A stretch of 64,000 bases of DNA from Candidatus Epulonipiscium fishelsonii. GTDB taxonomy: Bacteria > Bacillota > Clostridia > Lachnospirales > Cellulosilyticaceae. A program made the position numbers and the translations under genes. The notes under the pieces were generated by a model. It saw nothing but the letters and a program-made list of their open reading frames with translations, made no database searches and was not told the origin of the DNA. The stretch's first letter is position 1; the number at the start of each line of letters is the position of its first letter. Below are positions 30,810 through 40,347 of this stretch, piece by piece. The stretch covers positions 11,399 through 75,398 of the forward strand of contig LJDB01000010.1 in the NCBI GenBank assembly GCA_001983455.1, read 5' to 3'.

Positions 30810-30989
30810 CTAAATTAATTGATGTATTAGAGATATTCCTTGGTTAAAAACAAGGTCCATTATCACTAAAATAATAGCTACTAGTACGCACATTGAAACA
30901 ACCGCTCCTGTTTTAGAAAACAGCTCTTCTTTGCTTGGCCAAATTATTCTTTTGCTTTCTGCTACAAAGTCTCTAAAAAATTCGCCCAT
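30810..30989 (-). CDS. secE: Preprotein translocase subunit SecE (59 aa)
   Basis: Hand-translated: MGEFFRDFVAESKRIIWPSKEELFSKTGAVVSMCVLVAIILVIMDLVFNQGISLIHQLI. Single TM helix. Conserved position between rpmG and nusG. Confidence 0.85.
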   Translation of the reverse strand: MGEFFRDFVAESKRIIWPSKEELFSKTGAVVSMCVLVAIILVIMDLVFNQGISLIHQLI

Positions 30990-31021
30990 CTTTTAACCTC
31001 CCTAGATATTTTCCACAGAAA

Positions 31022-31174
31022 CTATTTTTTAGTTTCTTTATGTGGTGCATGTGTTCTACAAAATTTACAATATTTTTTAGTCTCCATACGGTCTGGATGT
31101 GCTTTTTTATCCTTAGTCATAGTATAATTCCTACGTTTACATTCTTCACAAGCTAGTGTAATTTGTACTCTCAC
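31022..31174 (-). CDS. rpmG: 50S ribosomal protein L33 (50 aa, GTG start)
   Basis: Hand-translated: [50 protein letters not shown], with CxxC...CxxC zinc-ribbon cysteines. Confidence 0.85.
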   Translation of the reverse strand: MRVQITLACEECKRRNYTMTKDKKAHPDRMETKKYCKFCRTHAPHKETKK

Positions 31175-31245
31175 TTTACAACACCTTCTTTCGTTATTTA
31201 CACATAAAATTTTACATAAAAAAAGACCTGTCTAGGTATGTCAAT

Positions 31246-31275
31246 ACTATATCACACACCAAAACAAGTCGTCAA
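31246..31275 (-). promoter_or_regulatory. Sigma-A promoter for rpmG-secE-nusG
   Basis: TTGACG (31270-31275 complement), 18-nt spacer ending TGA, TATAGT (31246-31251 complement). Confidence 0.45.
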
Positions 31276-31336
31276 GTTTTTTTCCACTAAGTTACTAATT
31301 TAAAATAATAAAAATAATCCAATATACTAGTCGTAA

Positions 31337-31777
31337 TTAGATAGAACCGCTATGTTTACTAAATTTTTTGTACGCCGTTATTGCAGAATTTACATTTTTT
31401 ATAACTTTCATTGGTCCCAATAATTCTTTGGATTTTGTTTGCATTATAGTAACATTAGTTCTTTCTAAATTTATAACTTCTTTTTTTAAATTTAAAATCT
31501 CTTGAATATTTTTTTGCAAAACTAAAATAACGTTCTTTTCAATATTTCCTTTTCTACGCTCAAAATATCGTTCCTCAAACTTTTTTTCTATCGTCTCCAT
31601 CTCGCCTGTTAGTTCTTCTTTATATCTGTTCATTTCTTCAAGCAGAGTTACTTTATTATCTTCATCTTCATTACTCAAAAGTATTTGGCTTTGATTTAAA
31701 GTAATGTTTTGAATTTGAATTAATTTATCTGCTACATTTTTTAAAAGCTGTATTAAATCATTAATTTCTTTTGTCAA
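31337..31777 (-). CDS. Coiled-coil protein, FlgN-like flagellar chaperone candidate
   Basis: 146 aa, all-helical heptad-rich sequence. TTG start behind GGGAGGG. Last gene of the flagellar glycosylation cluster. Confidence 0.3.
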   Translation of the reverse strand: MTKEINDLIQLLKNVADKLIQIQNITLNQSQILLSNEDEDNKVTLLEEMNRYKEELTGEMETIEKKFEERYFERRKGNIEKNVILVLQKNIQEILNLKKEVINLERTNVTIMQTKSKELLGPMKVIKNVNSAITAYKKFSKHSGSI

Positions 31778-31797
31778 AGAAGTTCCCTCCCAATCCT

Positions 31798-33138
31798 TTA
31801 AGACGGTAATTCTGTTTCGTTCAAAGCCTTCATTACATAGTACATATTTACTAATTCTTCTGCTCTATTTTTCCAAGTATGTTTCTCACTTACCAACTTA
31901 TATGCATTTTCAATTATAGGCTGTGCTAAATCATAATTTTCTGTATAAAATCTCACTTTTTCCACTAGCTCATTTAAATTATTTGCATCATAGTAAATGA
32001 TATTTACACCATCTATAAGCTCATCATTTGCAAAACTGTTCCTATTGCTTATTACCAACGTTCTATTTAACATTGCATTAAATACTCTTTCACTACCTCC
32101 ATTTTTTACAGGATACAAATCTTGCAGTAAAATTTTGCTCTCAGCAATTTTTTCAATTATTTCAGGATACGGTAGTTCTCCATTATCTACAAAATTAGGA
32201 TATTCATTAAAAAACTTATTTTTACTATTTAACCAAAATTCTACTTTTATGTCATTATCCAATAAAGTTTTAACTACTTTCTGCCTATAGTGCATTCTTC
32301 TATGCCAATCTAGAATAATATATACTTGTTCAAATAATATTTGTTTTAAGTTTGGAATGTTCATAGCTGATTGTATATCTTCGTTTTCTAATATGACCTC
32401 TTCTATACATTGTTCCATTGTTTTATTAAAATCATTACATGCTTTATTATGAACTTCTTTAATAAATTTTTTAAATATAGTTATTTCAGATTCCTTAATC
32501 TTCCCTTTTTCTATGAATTTATTTGCTGCATTCTCAGGTAAGTCTGGTCCTGATAAATTAGCAGTCATGATTACATCTATATTTTTTTTGTTATTCATAA
32601 TAATGGATTTACTTCCAGCTTGCATTAAATGCGTTAATATTCTAGTGTTATCAATATATTTTTCATATGAATTCAAAAAACTTTCGGCAAACATTCCTAT
32701 AAATACATTGTTCTTAGGGGTATATTTCAAAAACATTTTAAAGCGAGCTGGATTATCAAGTAATACTGTGCCGACAATGACATTATTATCTGAAAAAAAT
32801 TTAAACAAAGAAGGTACAAGTGCTAAAGTTAAGCAGAAATTGATAACATAATCTACTTTTATTAAACTTTTAGGCACTCCATATTGATCAAAATCTGTTG
32901 TAGTTTGGTCCATATCTTTAAAAACAATGCTTGCTCCATCTGAATTAATAACATAATCCAAGTTTATAGAATCTTTATGAACTGCATATTGATCAAAATC
33001 TAGTATTGTTACTATATGACCCATATTTTTAAAAGTAATTTCTAGCTCATCTATAAACTTGCCTAATATCTGTCTATTATTTTTTGAAGTGTATTTAAAA
33101 AGTAATATGTTTATTTTATCATCTGTTTTTTGTGTCAA
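31798..33138 (-). CDS. CgeB-like / GT1-type glycosyltransferase, paralog 1
   Basis: 446 aa, TTG start behind GGAGGG. The C-terminal ~180 aa (..GGSERVFNAMLNRTLVISNRN..EKHTWKNRAEEL) resemble the CgeB / glycosyltransferase group 1 C-terminal fold. Confidence 0.6.
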   Translation of the reverse strand: MTQKTDDKINILLFKYTSKNNRQILGKFIDELEITFKNMGHIVTILDFDQYAVHKDSINLDYVINSDGASIVFKDMDQTTTDFDQYGVPKSLIKVDYVINFCLTLALVPSLFKFFSDNNVIVGTVLLDNPARFKMFLKYTPKNNVFIGMFAESFLNSYEKYIDNTRILTHLMQAGSKSIIMNNKKNIDVIMTANLSGPDLPENAANKFIEKGKIKESEITIFKKFIKEVHNKACNDFNKTMEQCIEEVILENEDIQSAMNIPNLKQILFEQVYIILDWHRRMHYRQKVVKTLLDNDIKVEFWLNSKNKFFNEYPNFVDNGELPYPEIIEKIAESKILLQDLYPVKNGGSERVFNAMLNRTLVISNRNSFANDELIDGVNIIYYDANNLNELVEKVRFYTENYDLAQPIIENAYKLVSEKHTWKNRAEELVNMYYVMKALNETELPS

Positions 33139-33191
33139 AGAAAATTCCCTCCTAAACTTTCATTCGTTTCATATTGCAAATTCCCAAACTT

Positions 33192-34535
33192 TTAAGATGG
33201 TGATTCTGTTTCGTTTAAATCTTTCATTACGTAGTACATATTTACTAATTCTTCTGCTCTATTTTTCCAAGTATGTTTCTCACTTACCAATTTATATGCA
33301 TTTTCAATGATAGGCTGAGCTAAATCATAATTTTCTGTATAAAATCTCACTTTTTCCACTAGCTCATTTAAATTGTTTGCATCATAGTAAATGATATTCA
33401 CTCCATCTATAAGTTCATCATTTGCAAAACTGTTCCTATTGCTTATTACCAACGTTCTATTTAACATTGCATTAAATACTCTTTCACTACCTCCATTTTT
33501 TACAGGATACAAATCTTGTAGTAAAATTTTGCTCTCAGCAATTTTTTCAATTATTTTAGGATACGGTAGTTTTCCATTATCTACAAAATTAGGATATTCA
33601 TTAAAAAACTTATTTTTACTATTTAACCAAAACTCTACTTTTATGTCATTATCCAATAAACTTTTAACTACTTTCTGCCTATAGTGCATTCTTCTATGCC
33701 AATCTAGAACAATATATACTTGTTCAAATAATATTTGTTGTAAGTCTGGAATATTCATAGCTATTTGTATATCTTTGTTTTCTAATATGACTTCTTCTAT
33801 ACATTCTTCCATAGTTTTATTAAAATCGTCAAATGCTTTATTGTAAACTTCTTCAACAAATTTTTTTAATATATTTGCGGTAGTTTCTCGAAGTTCCCAT
33901 TTTTCTATCAATTTATTTATCTTATCATCGGGTGAGTTGATTTCTCTTAAAGAAGCGGTCATAATTACATCTATATTTTTTTTATTATTCATGATAACGG
34001 ATTTACTTCCTGCTTGCATTAAATGTGTTAATATCCTAGTATTATCAATATATTTTTCATATGAATTTAAAAAACTCTCGGCAAACATTCCTATAAATAC
34101 ATTTTTTATAGGAATGTTTATTAGCAAGTTTTTAACGTGAACGGGTGGATCTATTAATAATGTTCCTACAATGACATTATTATCTGAAAAAAATTTAAAT
34201 AAAGAAGGTATTCCAGCTAACATTGAATTAAAATCAATAACATAATCTACTTTCACTGAATCTTTAGGAAATCCATATTTATCAAAATCTGTTGTAGTTT
34301 GGTCCATATCTTTAAAAACAATGCTTACTCCATCTGAATTAATAACATAATCCAAGTTTATAGAATCTTTATGAAGTGCATATTGATCAAAATCTAGTAT
34401 TGTTACTATATGCCCCATATCTTTAAAAGCAATTTCTAATTCATTTATAAACTGATTTATTATTTGCATACTAGTCATTCTTAAATGGTATCTAAATAAT
34501 ACGATATTTATCTTATTATCTACTTCTTTTGTCAA
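33192..34535 (-). CDS. CgeB-like / GT1-type glycosyltransferase, paralog 2
   Basis: 447 aa, TTG start. The 3' ~650 nt are >90% identical to paralog 1. Confidence 0.6.
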   Translation of the reverse strand: MTKEVDNKINIVLFRYHLRMTSMQIINQFINELEIAFKDMGHIVTILDFDQYALHKDSINLDYVINSDGVSIVFKDMDQTTTDFDKYGFPKDSVKVDYVIDFNSMLAGIPSLFKFFSDNNVIVGTLLIDPPVHVKNLLINIPIKNVFIGMFAESFLNSYEKYIDNTRILTHLMQAGSKSVIMNNKKNIDVIMTASLREINSPDDKINKLIEKWELRETTANILKKFVEEVYNKAFDDFNKTMEECIEEVILENKDIQIAMNIPDLQQILFEQVYIVLDWHRRMHYRQKVVKSLLDNDIKVEFWLNSKNKFFNEYPNFVDNGKLPYPKIIEKIAESKILLQDLYPVKNGGSERVFNAMLNRTLVISNRNSFANDELIDGVNIIYYDANNLNELVEKVRFYTENYDLAQPIIENAYKLVSEKHTWKNRAEELVNMYYVMKDLNETESPS

Positions 34536-34597
34536 AGAAAATCTCCTCCTAAACTTCCACTTGTTTTATATTGTAAAAAAAATTTTCATATAAACTT

Positions 34598-35947
34598 TTA
34601 AGATGGTAATTCTGTTTCATTTAAATCTTTCATTACATAGTACATATTTACTAATTCTTCTGCCCTATTTTTCCAAGTATGTTTCTCACTTGCCAATTTA
34701 TATGCATTTTCAATTATAGGCTGTGCTAAATCATAATTTTCAGTATAAAATCTCACTTTTTCCACTAGCTCATTTAAATTGTTTGCATCATAGTAAATGA
34801 TATTTACGCCATCTATAAGCTCATCATTTGCAAAACTGTTCCTATTGCTTATTACTAATGTTCTATTTAACATTGCATTAAATACTCTTTCACTACCTCC
34901 ATTTTTTACAGGATACAAATCTTGCAGTAAGATTTTACTCTCAGCAATTTTTTCTACTATTTCATGATACCACAATATTCCATTATCTACGAAATTAGGA
35001 TATTCATTAAAATATTTATTTTCACTAGCTAACCAAAATTCTACTTTTATGTCGTTATCCAACAAAGCTTTAACTACATTATACCTGTATTTATTTCTTC
35101 TATACCAATCTACAGTGAGATATAGTTCTTCAAATAATAGATGTTTTAATTCTGGCATAGCCATAGCTAATTGTATATCTTCGTTTTCTAATATGACTTC
35201 TTCTATACATTCTTCCATAGTTTTATTAAAATTATCAAATGCTTTAGTATAAAGTTCGTTAGCAAATTTTTTAACTATATTTGCAGTAGTTTCTCTAAGT
35301 TCCCATTCTTCTATCAATTGGTTTATCCTACCATCAGGTAAGTCTACTTCTTCTAATCTTAAAGCAGCAGTCATAATTACATCTATATTTTTTTCACTAT
35401 TCATGATAACAGATTTACTTCCAGCTTGCATTAAATGTATTAATATTCTAGTGTTATCAATATATTTTTCATATGAATTCAAAAAACTCTCGGCAAACAT
35501 TCCTATAAACACATTTCTTTTAGGGGTATTTTTCAATAGCCTTCTAATATAAACGGGTGGATCAGGTAATAATGTTCCTACAATGACATTATTATCTGAA
35601 AAAAATTTAAATAAAGAAGGTATTCCTGCTAAAGTTGCGCCAAAATTAATAACATAATCTACTTTTACTGAATCTTTAGGAAATCCATATTGATCAAAAT
35701 CTATTGCAGTTTGCCCCATATCTTTAAAAACAATGCTTACTCCGTCTGAATTAGTAGTATAATCTAATCTTATAGAATCTTTATGAAATGCATATTGATC
35801 AAAATCTAGTATTGTTACTATATGCCCCATATCTTTAAAAGCAATTTCTAGCTCATCTATAAACTTACCTAATATTCGTCTATTGCCCCCTCTTAAACTA
35901 TATTTAAATAATACTATATTTATCTTATTATCTGTTTCTTTTATCAA
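34598..35947 (-). CDS. CgeB-like / GT1-type glycosyltransferase, paralog 3
   Basis: 449 aa, TTG start. The last ~125 aa are nearly identical to paralogs 1 and 2. Confidence 0.6.
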   Translation of the reverse strand: MIKETDNKINIVLFKYSLRGGNRRILGKFIDELEIAFKDMGHIVTILDFDQYAFHKDSIRLDYTTNSDGVSIVFKDMGQTAIDFDQYGFPKDSVKVDYVINFGATLAGIPSLFKFFSDNNVIVGTLLPDPPVYIRRLLKNTPKRNVFIGMFAESFLNSYEKYIDNTRILIHLMQAGSKSVIMNSEKNIDVIMTAALRLEEVDLPDGRINQLIEEWELRETTANIVKKFANELYTKAFDNFNKTMEECIEEVILENEDIQLAMAMPELKHLLFEELYLTVDWYRRNKYRYNVVKALLDNDIKVEFWLASENKYFNEYPNFVDNGILWYHEIVEKIAESKILLQDLYPVKNGGSERVFNAMLNRTLVISNRNSFANDELIDGVNIIYYDANNLNELVEKVRFYTENYDLAQPIIENAYKLASEKHTWKNRAEELVNMYYVMKDLNETELPS

Positions 35948-36290
35948 AGAAAATACCCTCCTCTTGGGCTATATTATATGAATTATAATATTTATCATGA
36001 ACATCTTTTTGTAATCTAGATATACGAAGCTGTTCTTTAGTTTCAGCATAAAGTTCATTATAAAGTTCATTGTTTTCTTGATCTACTTCTTTAATTTTAT
36101 TTATAACTTCTCTATATAGTTCTACATCATCATCTATAGAGGAATTTAATTTTTCTAAGTCATTTATCAATCTTCTTTTTCTAATTAACAATTTATTAAG
36201 CTCCTCCATATCCTCATTATGTAGTGCTATAGATTGTCTTTCAGATAACTTCAAAATTCTATTATAAATCTTTAATTTTCCTTGATTCAT
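35928..36290 (-). CDS. Coiled-coil protein, FlgN-like candidate (120 aa)
   Basis: Start moved to ATG 36290 (MNQGKLKIYN) behind GGAGGAG. ATGA overlap with the upstream gene's stop. Helical and charged. Confidence 0.3.
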   Translation of the reverse strand: MNQGKLKIYNRILKLSERQSIALHNEDMEELNKLLIRKRRLINDLEKLNSSIDDDVELYREVINKIKEVDQENNELYNELYAETKEQLRISRLQKDVHDKYYNSYNIAQEEGIFFDKRNR

Positions 36291-37453
36291 AAATCTCCTC
36301 CATCTATTTGTCTGATTATATATTCTGCGACTTCTCGAACACAACCTTCCCCGCCCTTTCTTTTGGTTATAAAGTCAGCTTTTTGTTTTATTATTTCCAG
36401 TGCACTACTAGGTGCACAACCCAATCCAACTTGTTCAATTGCTGGTAAGTCAAATATATCATCACCGATATATGCACATTGGTTTAACGTTATTTTATAT
36501 TTTTCACATAAATTCTTTACGCTTTGCAGTTTATCTCTTTGTCCTAAAACAATATCATCTACTTTTAATTTTTTACCACGTTTTTTTACCATAAAATTAT
36601 TTATGTCATTATTTTCAGCTGTGATGATAGCTATTTTTATTCCCCTGTTTCTTAACAATTCAAACCCCATTCCATCCAAAGTATTAAATTTTTTAAGCTC
36701 CTCTCCTGTGCTAGAATAATACATTCCTCCATCAGTTAAAACTCCATCACAATCCGTTGCTAATAATTTAATATCTAACTTATCTGTATTTGAATGTTGT
36801 TTAAGTAAGTTTTCAACTATTATCCAATCAGATGGTTCATCTATCTCAAAGTAACTCTCTTCAGACATTTCACATATTTGTATATTTCCAGAAATTCTAT
36901 TTTTAGATCTTATTAAGTTTTCTTTAGAAGTTATATAAAAGGCACCATTTTCAACAAAATACCCTTCAAAATCTTGTCGGCGTGGTCTATTATAGACATT
37001 ATAATTTGTTGGTACGGCAAACCCATCTTTTACTTCCCAGTTAAATCTTTTTTGTCTAACTACAGAAACAACACTATCTATTTCTTTTTTGTTAAATATC
37101 TCAAATCCTCTGTCTAAATCTTGAGTTTGTAACAATGGAGAAGTTGCTTGTATAAGTGCTATATTATCAAACTTATATTTGTTAGCAAATTCTAACATAA
37201 CTGATTCAGTGCTTGCTGTATCAGTGCTTGTTTCTTCTGTTCTATCAACAACAATCACTTTATTAAATTTAAAATCTTCTACGGTTTGCTTTATTTGTAT
37301 ATTATCAGTTGCAACATATATTCTTTCTATATATTTGCAATCTTCAGAAGCTTTCAATGTCCAATATACTAGTGGTTTCCCGTTCATTTCTTTGATATTT
37401 TTTAAGTGTATAGACTTACTTCCACCTCTAACAGGAATAAATGCTATATTCAT
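36287..37453 (-). CDS. CMP-nonulosonate (N-acylneuraminate-type) cytidylyltransferase fused to a KdsC/YrbI-family HAD phosphatase
   Basis: N-terminus IAFIPVRGGSKSIHLKNI..GKPLVYWT is the NeuA/CMP-sugar synthetase motif. The C-terminus has DCDGVLTDGGMYY ... GDDIFDLP ... GGEGCVREV, the KdsC-type HAD motifs. Confidence 0.8.
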   Translation of the reverse strand: MNIAFIPVRGGSKSIHLKNIKEMNGKPLVYWTLKASEDCKYIERIYVATDNIQIKQTVEDFKFNKVIVVDRTEETSTDTASTESVMLEFANKYKFDNIALIQATSPLLQTQDLDRGFEIFNKKEIDSVVSVVRQKRFNWEVKDGFAVPTNYNVYNRPRRQDFEGYFVENGAFYITSKENLIRSKNRISGNIQICEMSEESYFEIDEPSDWIIVENLLKQHSNTDKLDIKLLATDCDGVLTDGGMYYSSTGEELKKFNTLDGMGFELLRNRGIKIAIITAENNDINNFMVKKRGKKLKVDDIVLGQRDKLQSVKNLCEKYKITLNQCAYIGDDIFDLPAIEQVGLGCAPSSALEIIKQKADFITKRKGGEGCVREVAEYIIRQIDGGDL

Positions 37454-37468
37454 ATTGTTTATCCTTTT

Positions 37469-38446
37469 CTACATTGTTTTATTATAAAAAGTATCCCATT
37501 CTATTAATGTAGCTAAATCACTATTAATTGGCTCAAATCTTTTGCTACTATTATTAAAGCAATTATAGCACATGGTATTTTCTAAATCTTTATTTAAAAG
37601 TCTTTTCCTAAAATTTACATACCTTTCACTGTTCCAAGCATCACTCAAACTCATTTTATTTAAATCTTCAATAGCCACATAATTATTAAAGTCTCCACAA
37701 CAAGCTGTTAAATAGCCTTCCCATGTAATGTGAATAGTGTTAAAAGGTAATTTACATTCAAATTCTTTTTTTGTATCAGGTTCATCAATTTGTAAATCTT
37801 CCATAACTTCTGTAATTAATCCACTAGCATTTCTAACTTTATAAAACATCATTTCATCAACATATTCTTGCAATAAGTTTTTTAATTTTTCCTCATCATC
37901 AATAGTATATTTAGTCAATATAGTAGAAGTATATAATTTTAGTGGTTTATTATTTTCAATTCTATATTTATGAACTTGTTTTAAATTGTTTATAACTTCA
38001 TCAAAATCATCTTTACCATGAATAAATTTATAAGTACTAGAATTAGCAGCATTAATAGAATATTTTAAACTATCTAATCCTGCTTCAACACACTTTTCAA
38101 TATTTTCTACAGTCGCTAGTTTTCCATTTGTATTTAAATATACATATTCATATCCTATTTCCTTTGCATACGAAATATATAAGCATAAATTTGTATTTAA
38201 AAATGGTTCTCCTGTAGAATAAAATCCTACACATCTAACTCCCAAGCTATAAGCTTCTTGTAAAATGCGTTTTAAAAAATTTTCATCAATAAATCCTTTT
38301 TTTCTACTCATTTTTCTATTTGCACAAAATATGCATGTATGATTGCAAGCATTATTAATTTCTACCAACATATATTTATCTATTTTAGGATGGAGCAAAA
38401 AATCGTCATTTATAAATCTTTCAGCATAACGTTCTGAATATTTCAT
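37469..38446 (-). CDS. Radical SAM protein with C-terminal SPASM/twitch-like Cys cluster
   Basis: CNHTCIFC is a CxxxCxxC motif near the N-terminus. C-terminal cysteines are CKLP..ACCGD..CYNC. Confidence 0.75.
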   Translation of the reverse strand: MKYSERYAERFINDDFLLHPKIDKYMLVEINNACNHTCIFCANRKMSRKKGFIDENFLKRILQEAYSLGVRCVGFYSTGEPFLNTNLCLYISYAKEIGYEYVYLNTNGKLATVENIEKCVEAGLDSLKYSINAANSSTYKFIHGKDDFDEVINNLKQVHKYRIENNKPLKLYTSTILTKYTIDDEEKLKNLLQEYVDEMMFYKVRNASGLITEVMEDLQIDEPDTKKEFECKLPFNTIHITWEGYLTACCGDFNNYVAIEDLNKMSLSDAWNSERYVNFRKRLLNKDLENTMCYNCFNNSSKRFEPINSDLATLIEWDTFYNKTM

Positions 38447-38457
38447 CTTTTATTCTC

Positions 38458-40347
38458 CTACATTTTTTTAGCAATAAAAATCATTGTATCAGAAAAACCT
38501 TTTTCATCAACTTCTTTTTGTATTATATTATTTATTGACAATAATTCATTGTACAACGAATTTTCTTGTTTATCAGTTCTTAACATCTGAGAGGTTAAAA
38601 TATCAAAATATCCTTGACCAAACCCCCATTTACTTAAAATATCAAATTTGTCTTTAAGCAAATTGTCTATTCCATTCTCAGTAAATACTTGTAGATGAAT
38701 TGGAGGTATAATATGTCTATATACATTTTCATTATCTGTTAAATTTACAAATGATGCCATAGAAGGATATCTTGGAACTTCAAAAACAATAACACTATTT
38801 GGTTTTATATGTTTATAAATATAATTTATAAATTCAATAGGATTTTCTATATGTTCTAACACATTAAAAAAAGTTATTATTGTTGCTTCACTAAATATTT
38901 TTTCAATTTCTATATTTTGTACATCTGGATTTATAAACCCTTTAATAATATCAATACCATTGCTTTTTGCAAACTCTATCTCACGCTCATCAGACTCAAT
39001 CCCTATAGGGACAATACTAGTCTCTTTTGATATTATATAAAGTATTTCTCCACTACCACATCCAATATCTATCCACTTATCTATCTTAATATTATTTTCT
39101 TTCATTTCATCCAAAATATATTCTACTTTTGGCTTCGCAATAAATTCAGCTCTTTTATAAAATAATTCTTTGTCAACATAGTGATCTATTGGTGTGGTTG
39201 TATTGTTATACAAACTTTCTGTATTTGGCAAATTAGTTAAATAAATACTTCCACAGTTTCCACATTTATAATATTTATATCCATATATATCCACAAATAT
39301 TTTATTGTGTTCATCATTCAAACAAACTCTACAAAATGTTTGGACATCTTCAAAAGATAAATTATTCTCAGCCGTTTTTTTAGATTTTGAAATCATTGTT
39401 TGTATTTTAGTAATATCTCTACCTATATTACGCATATCCATTGATTTTCCATATTTAGTTTTTATAATTTTTATATTATGTTTTTTATATTTTAATTTAG
39501 CTCTTTGCACTTGTTCAATAGGTAAAATATCTTCACTTTTATAAGTTAAAGCTTTATAGTTAGTATTCAAGTCACGTTTTACTCTACGTAATCCTTCTGG
39601 TTCCAATGAGGCAGCATGGTCTGTACCTTTCCATGTTCTATCTAAAGTATAGTGCCTTTCAATAATATTTGCTCCTAAAACATACGCTGAAATGTCAATA
39701 GATATCCCATGATGATGTCCAGAAAATCCAATATCTTTTACTCTGTCTTTATACAGTCCTCTTATTCTAGTAATTTCTAATAAGCATATATCTTCTGTAG
39801 GAACAGGATATCCAGATGTGCAGGCATATAAAACTATATCTTGATTTCTGTTATTTTTCTCAAAAAACTCAACTAGTTCTTTTTCTTCTTGTTTTGTAGT
39901 CATTCCTAAAGATACATGAATTTCTCCAAAATAGTTTTTACATATCCATTCTAACATTTCATAATTATTGTTACAGGCAGAAGGAATTTTTATAAACTTA
40001 GGATTTAATGAAGCAATTTCTTTTGCTGAAGTCAAATCCCAAACTGAACAACTATATGTTATTCCAAATTTCTCACAATATATTTTAAGCTCCCTATGTT
40101 CTTCTAAGCTGAATTCCAAATATTCTCTATGTTCGCCATAAGTTTTCCCATATGAATTATAATATACGGGATGAGGAGCGTTATATTGCTCTATCGTCAA
40201 TAACTCCTTATTACATCTTTTTTGAAATTTAATTGCGTCTACTTTGCAATATATATAGGCAGTTTCTATAAGCTTTTTTGCAATATCTAACTCTCCTAAA
40301 TGATTGCAACCAACTTCAGCAATTACATAAGGTTTTTTATACTCCAT
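38458..40347 (-). CDS. NeuB-like nonulosonate synthase (TIM barrel only) fused to a zinc-ribbon plus class I SAM methyltransferase
   Basis: N-terminus PYVIAEVGCNHLGELDIAKKLI is the NeuB/PseI/LegI signature. Middle has CRVC...CGNC. C-terminus WIDIGCGSGE is SAM motif I. Confidence 0.75.
   Translation of the reverse strand: MEYKKPYVIAEVGCNHLGELDIAKKLIETAYIYCKVDAIKFQKRCNKELLTIEQYNAPHPVYYNSYGKTYGEHREYLEFSLEEHRELKIYCEKFGITYSCSVWDLTSAKEIASLNPKFIKIPSACNNNYEMLEWICKNYFGEIHVSLGMTTKQEEKELVEFFEKNNRNQDIVLYACTSGYPVPTEDICLLEITRIRGLYKDRVKDIGFSGHHHGISIDISAYVLGANIIERHYTLDRTWKGTDHAASLEPEGLRRVKRDLNTNYKALTYKSEDILPIEQVQRAKLKYKKHNIKIIKTKYGKSMDMRNIGRDITKIQTMISKSKKTAENNLSFEDVQTFCRVCLNDEHNKIFVDIYGYKYYKCGNCGSIYLTNLPNTESLYNNTTTPIDHYVDKELFYKRAEFIAKPKVEYILDEMKENNIKIDKWIDIGCGSGEILYIISKETSIVPIGIESDEREIEFAKSNGIDIIKGFINPDVQNIEIEKIFSEATIITFFNVLEHIENPIEFINYIYKHIKPNSVIVFEVPRYPSMASFVNLTDNENVYRHIIPPIHLQVFTENGIDNLLKDKFDILSKWGFGQGYFDILTSQMLRTDKQENSLYNELLSINNIIQKEVDEKGFSDTMIFIAKKM

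Noticed and set aside
32582-33983. A8/T8 homopolymer tracts inside the triplicated glycosyltransferase genes (32582-32589, 33976-33983) as phase-variation switches
   Set aside because: The tracts encode a conserved KK motif, are only 7-8 nt long, and such runs are common in this AT-rich genome. Nothing indicates length heterogeneity.
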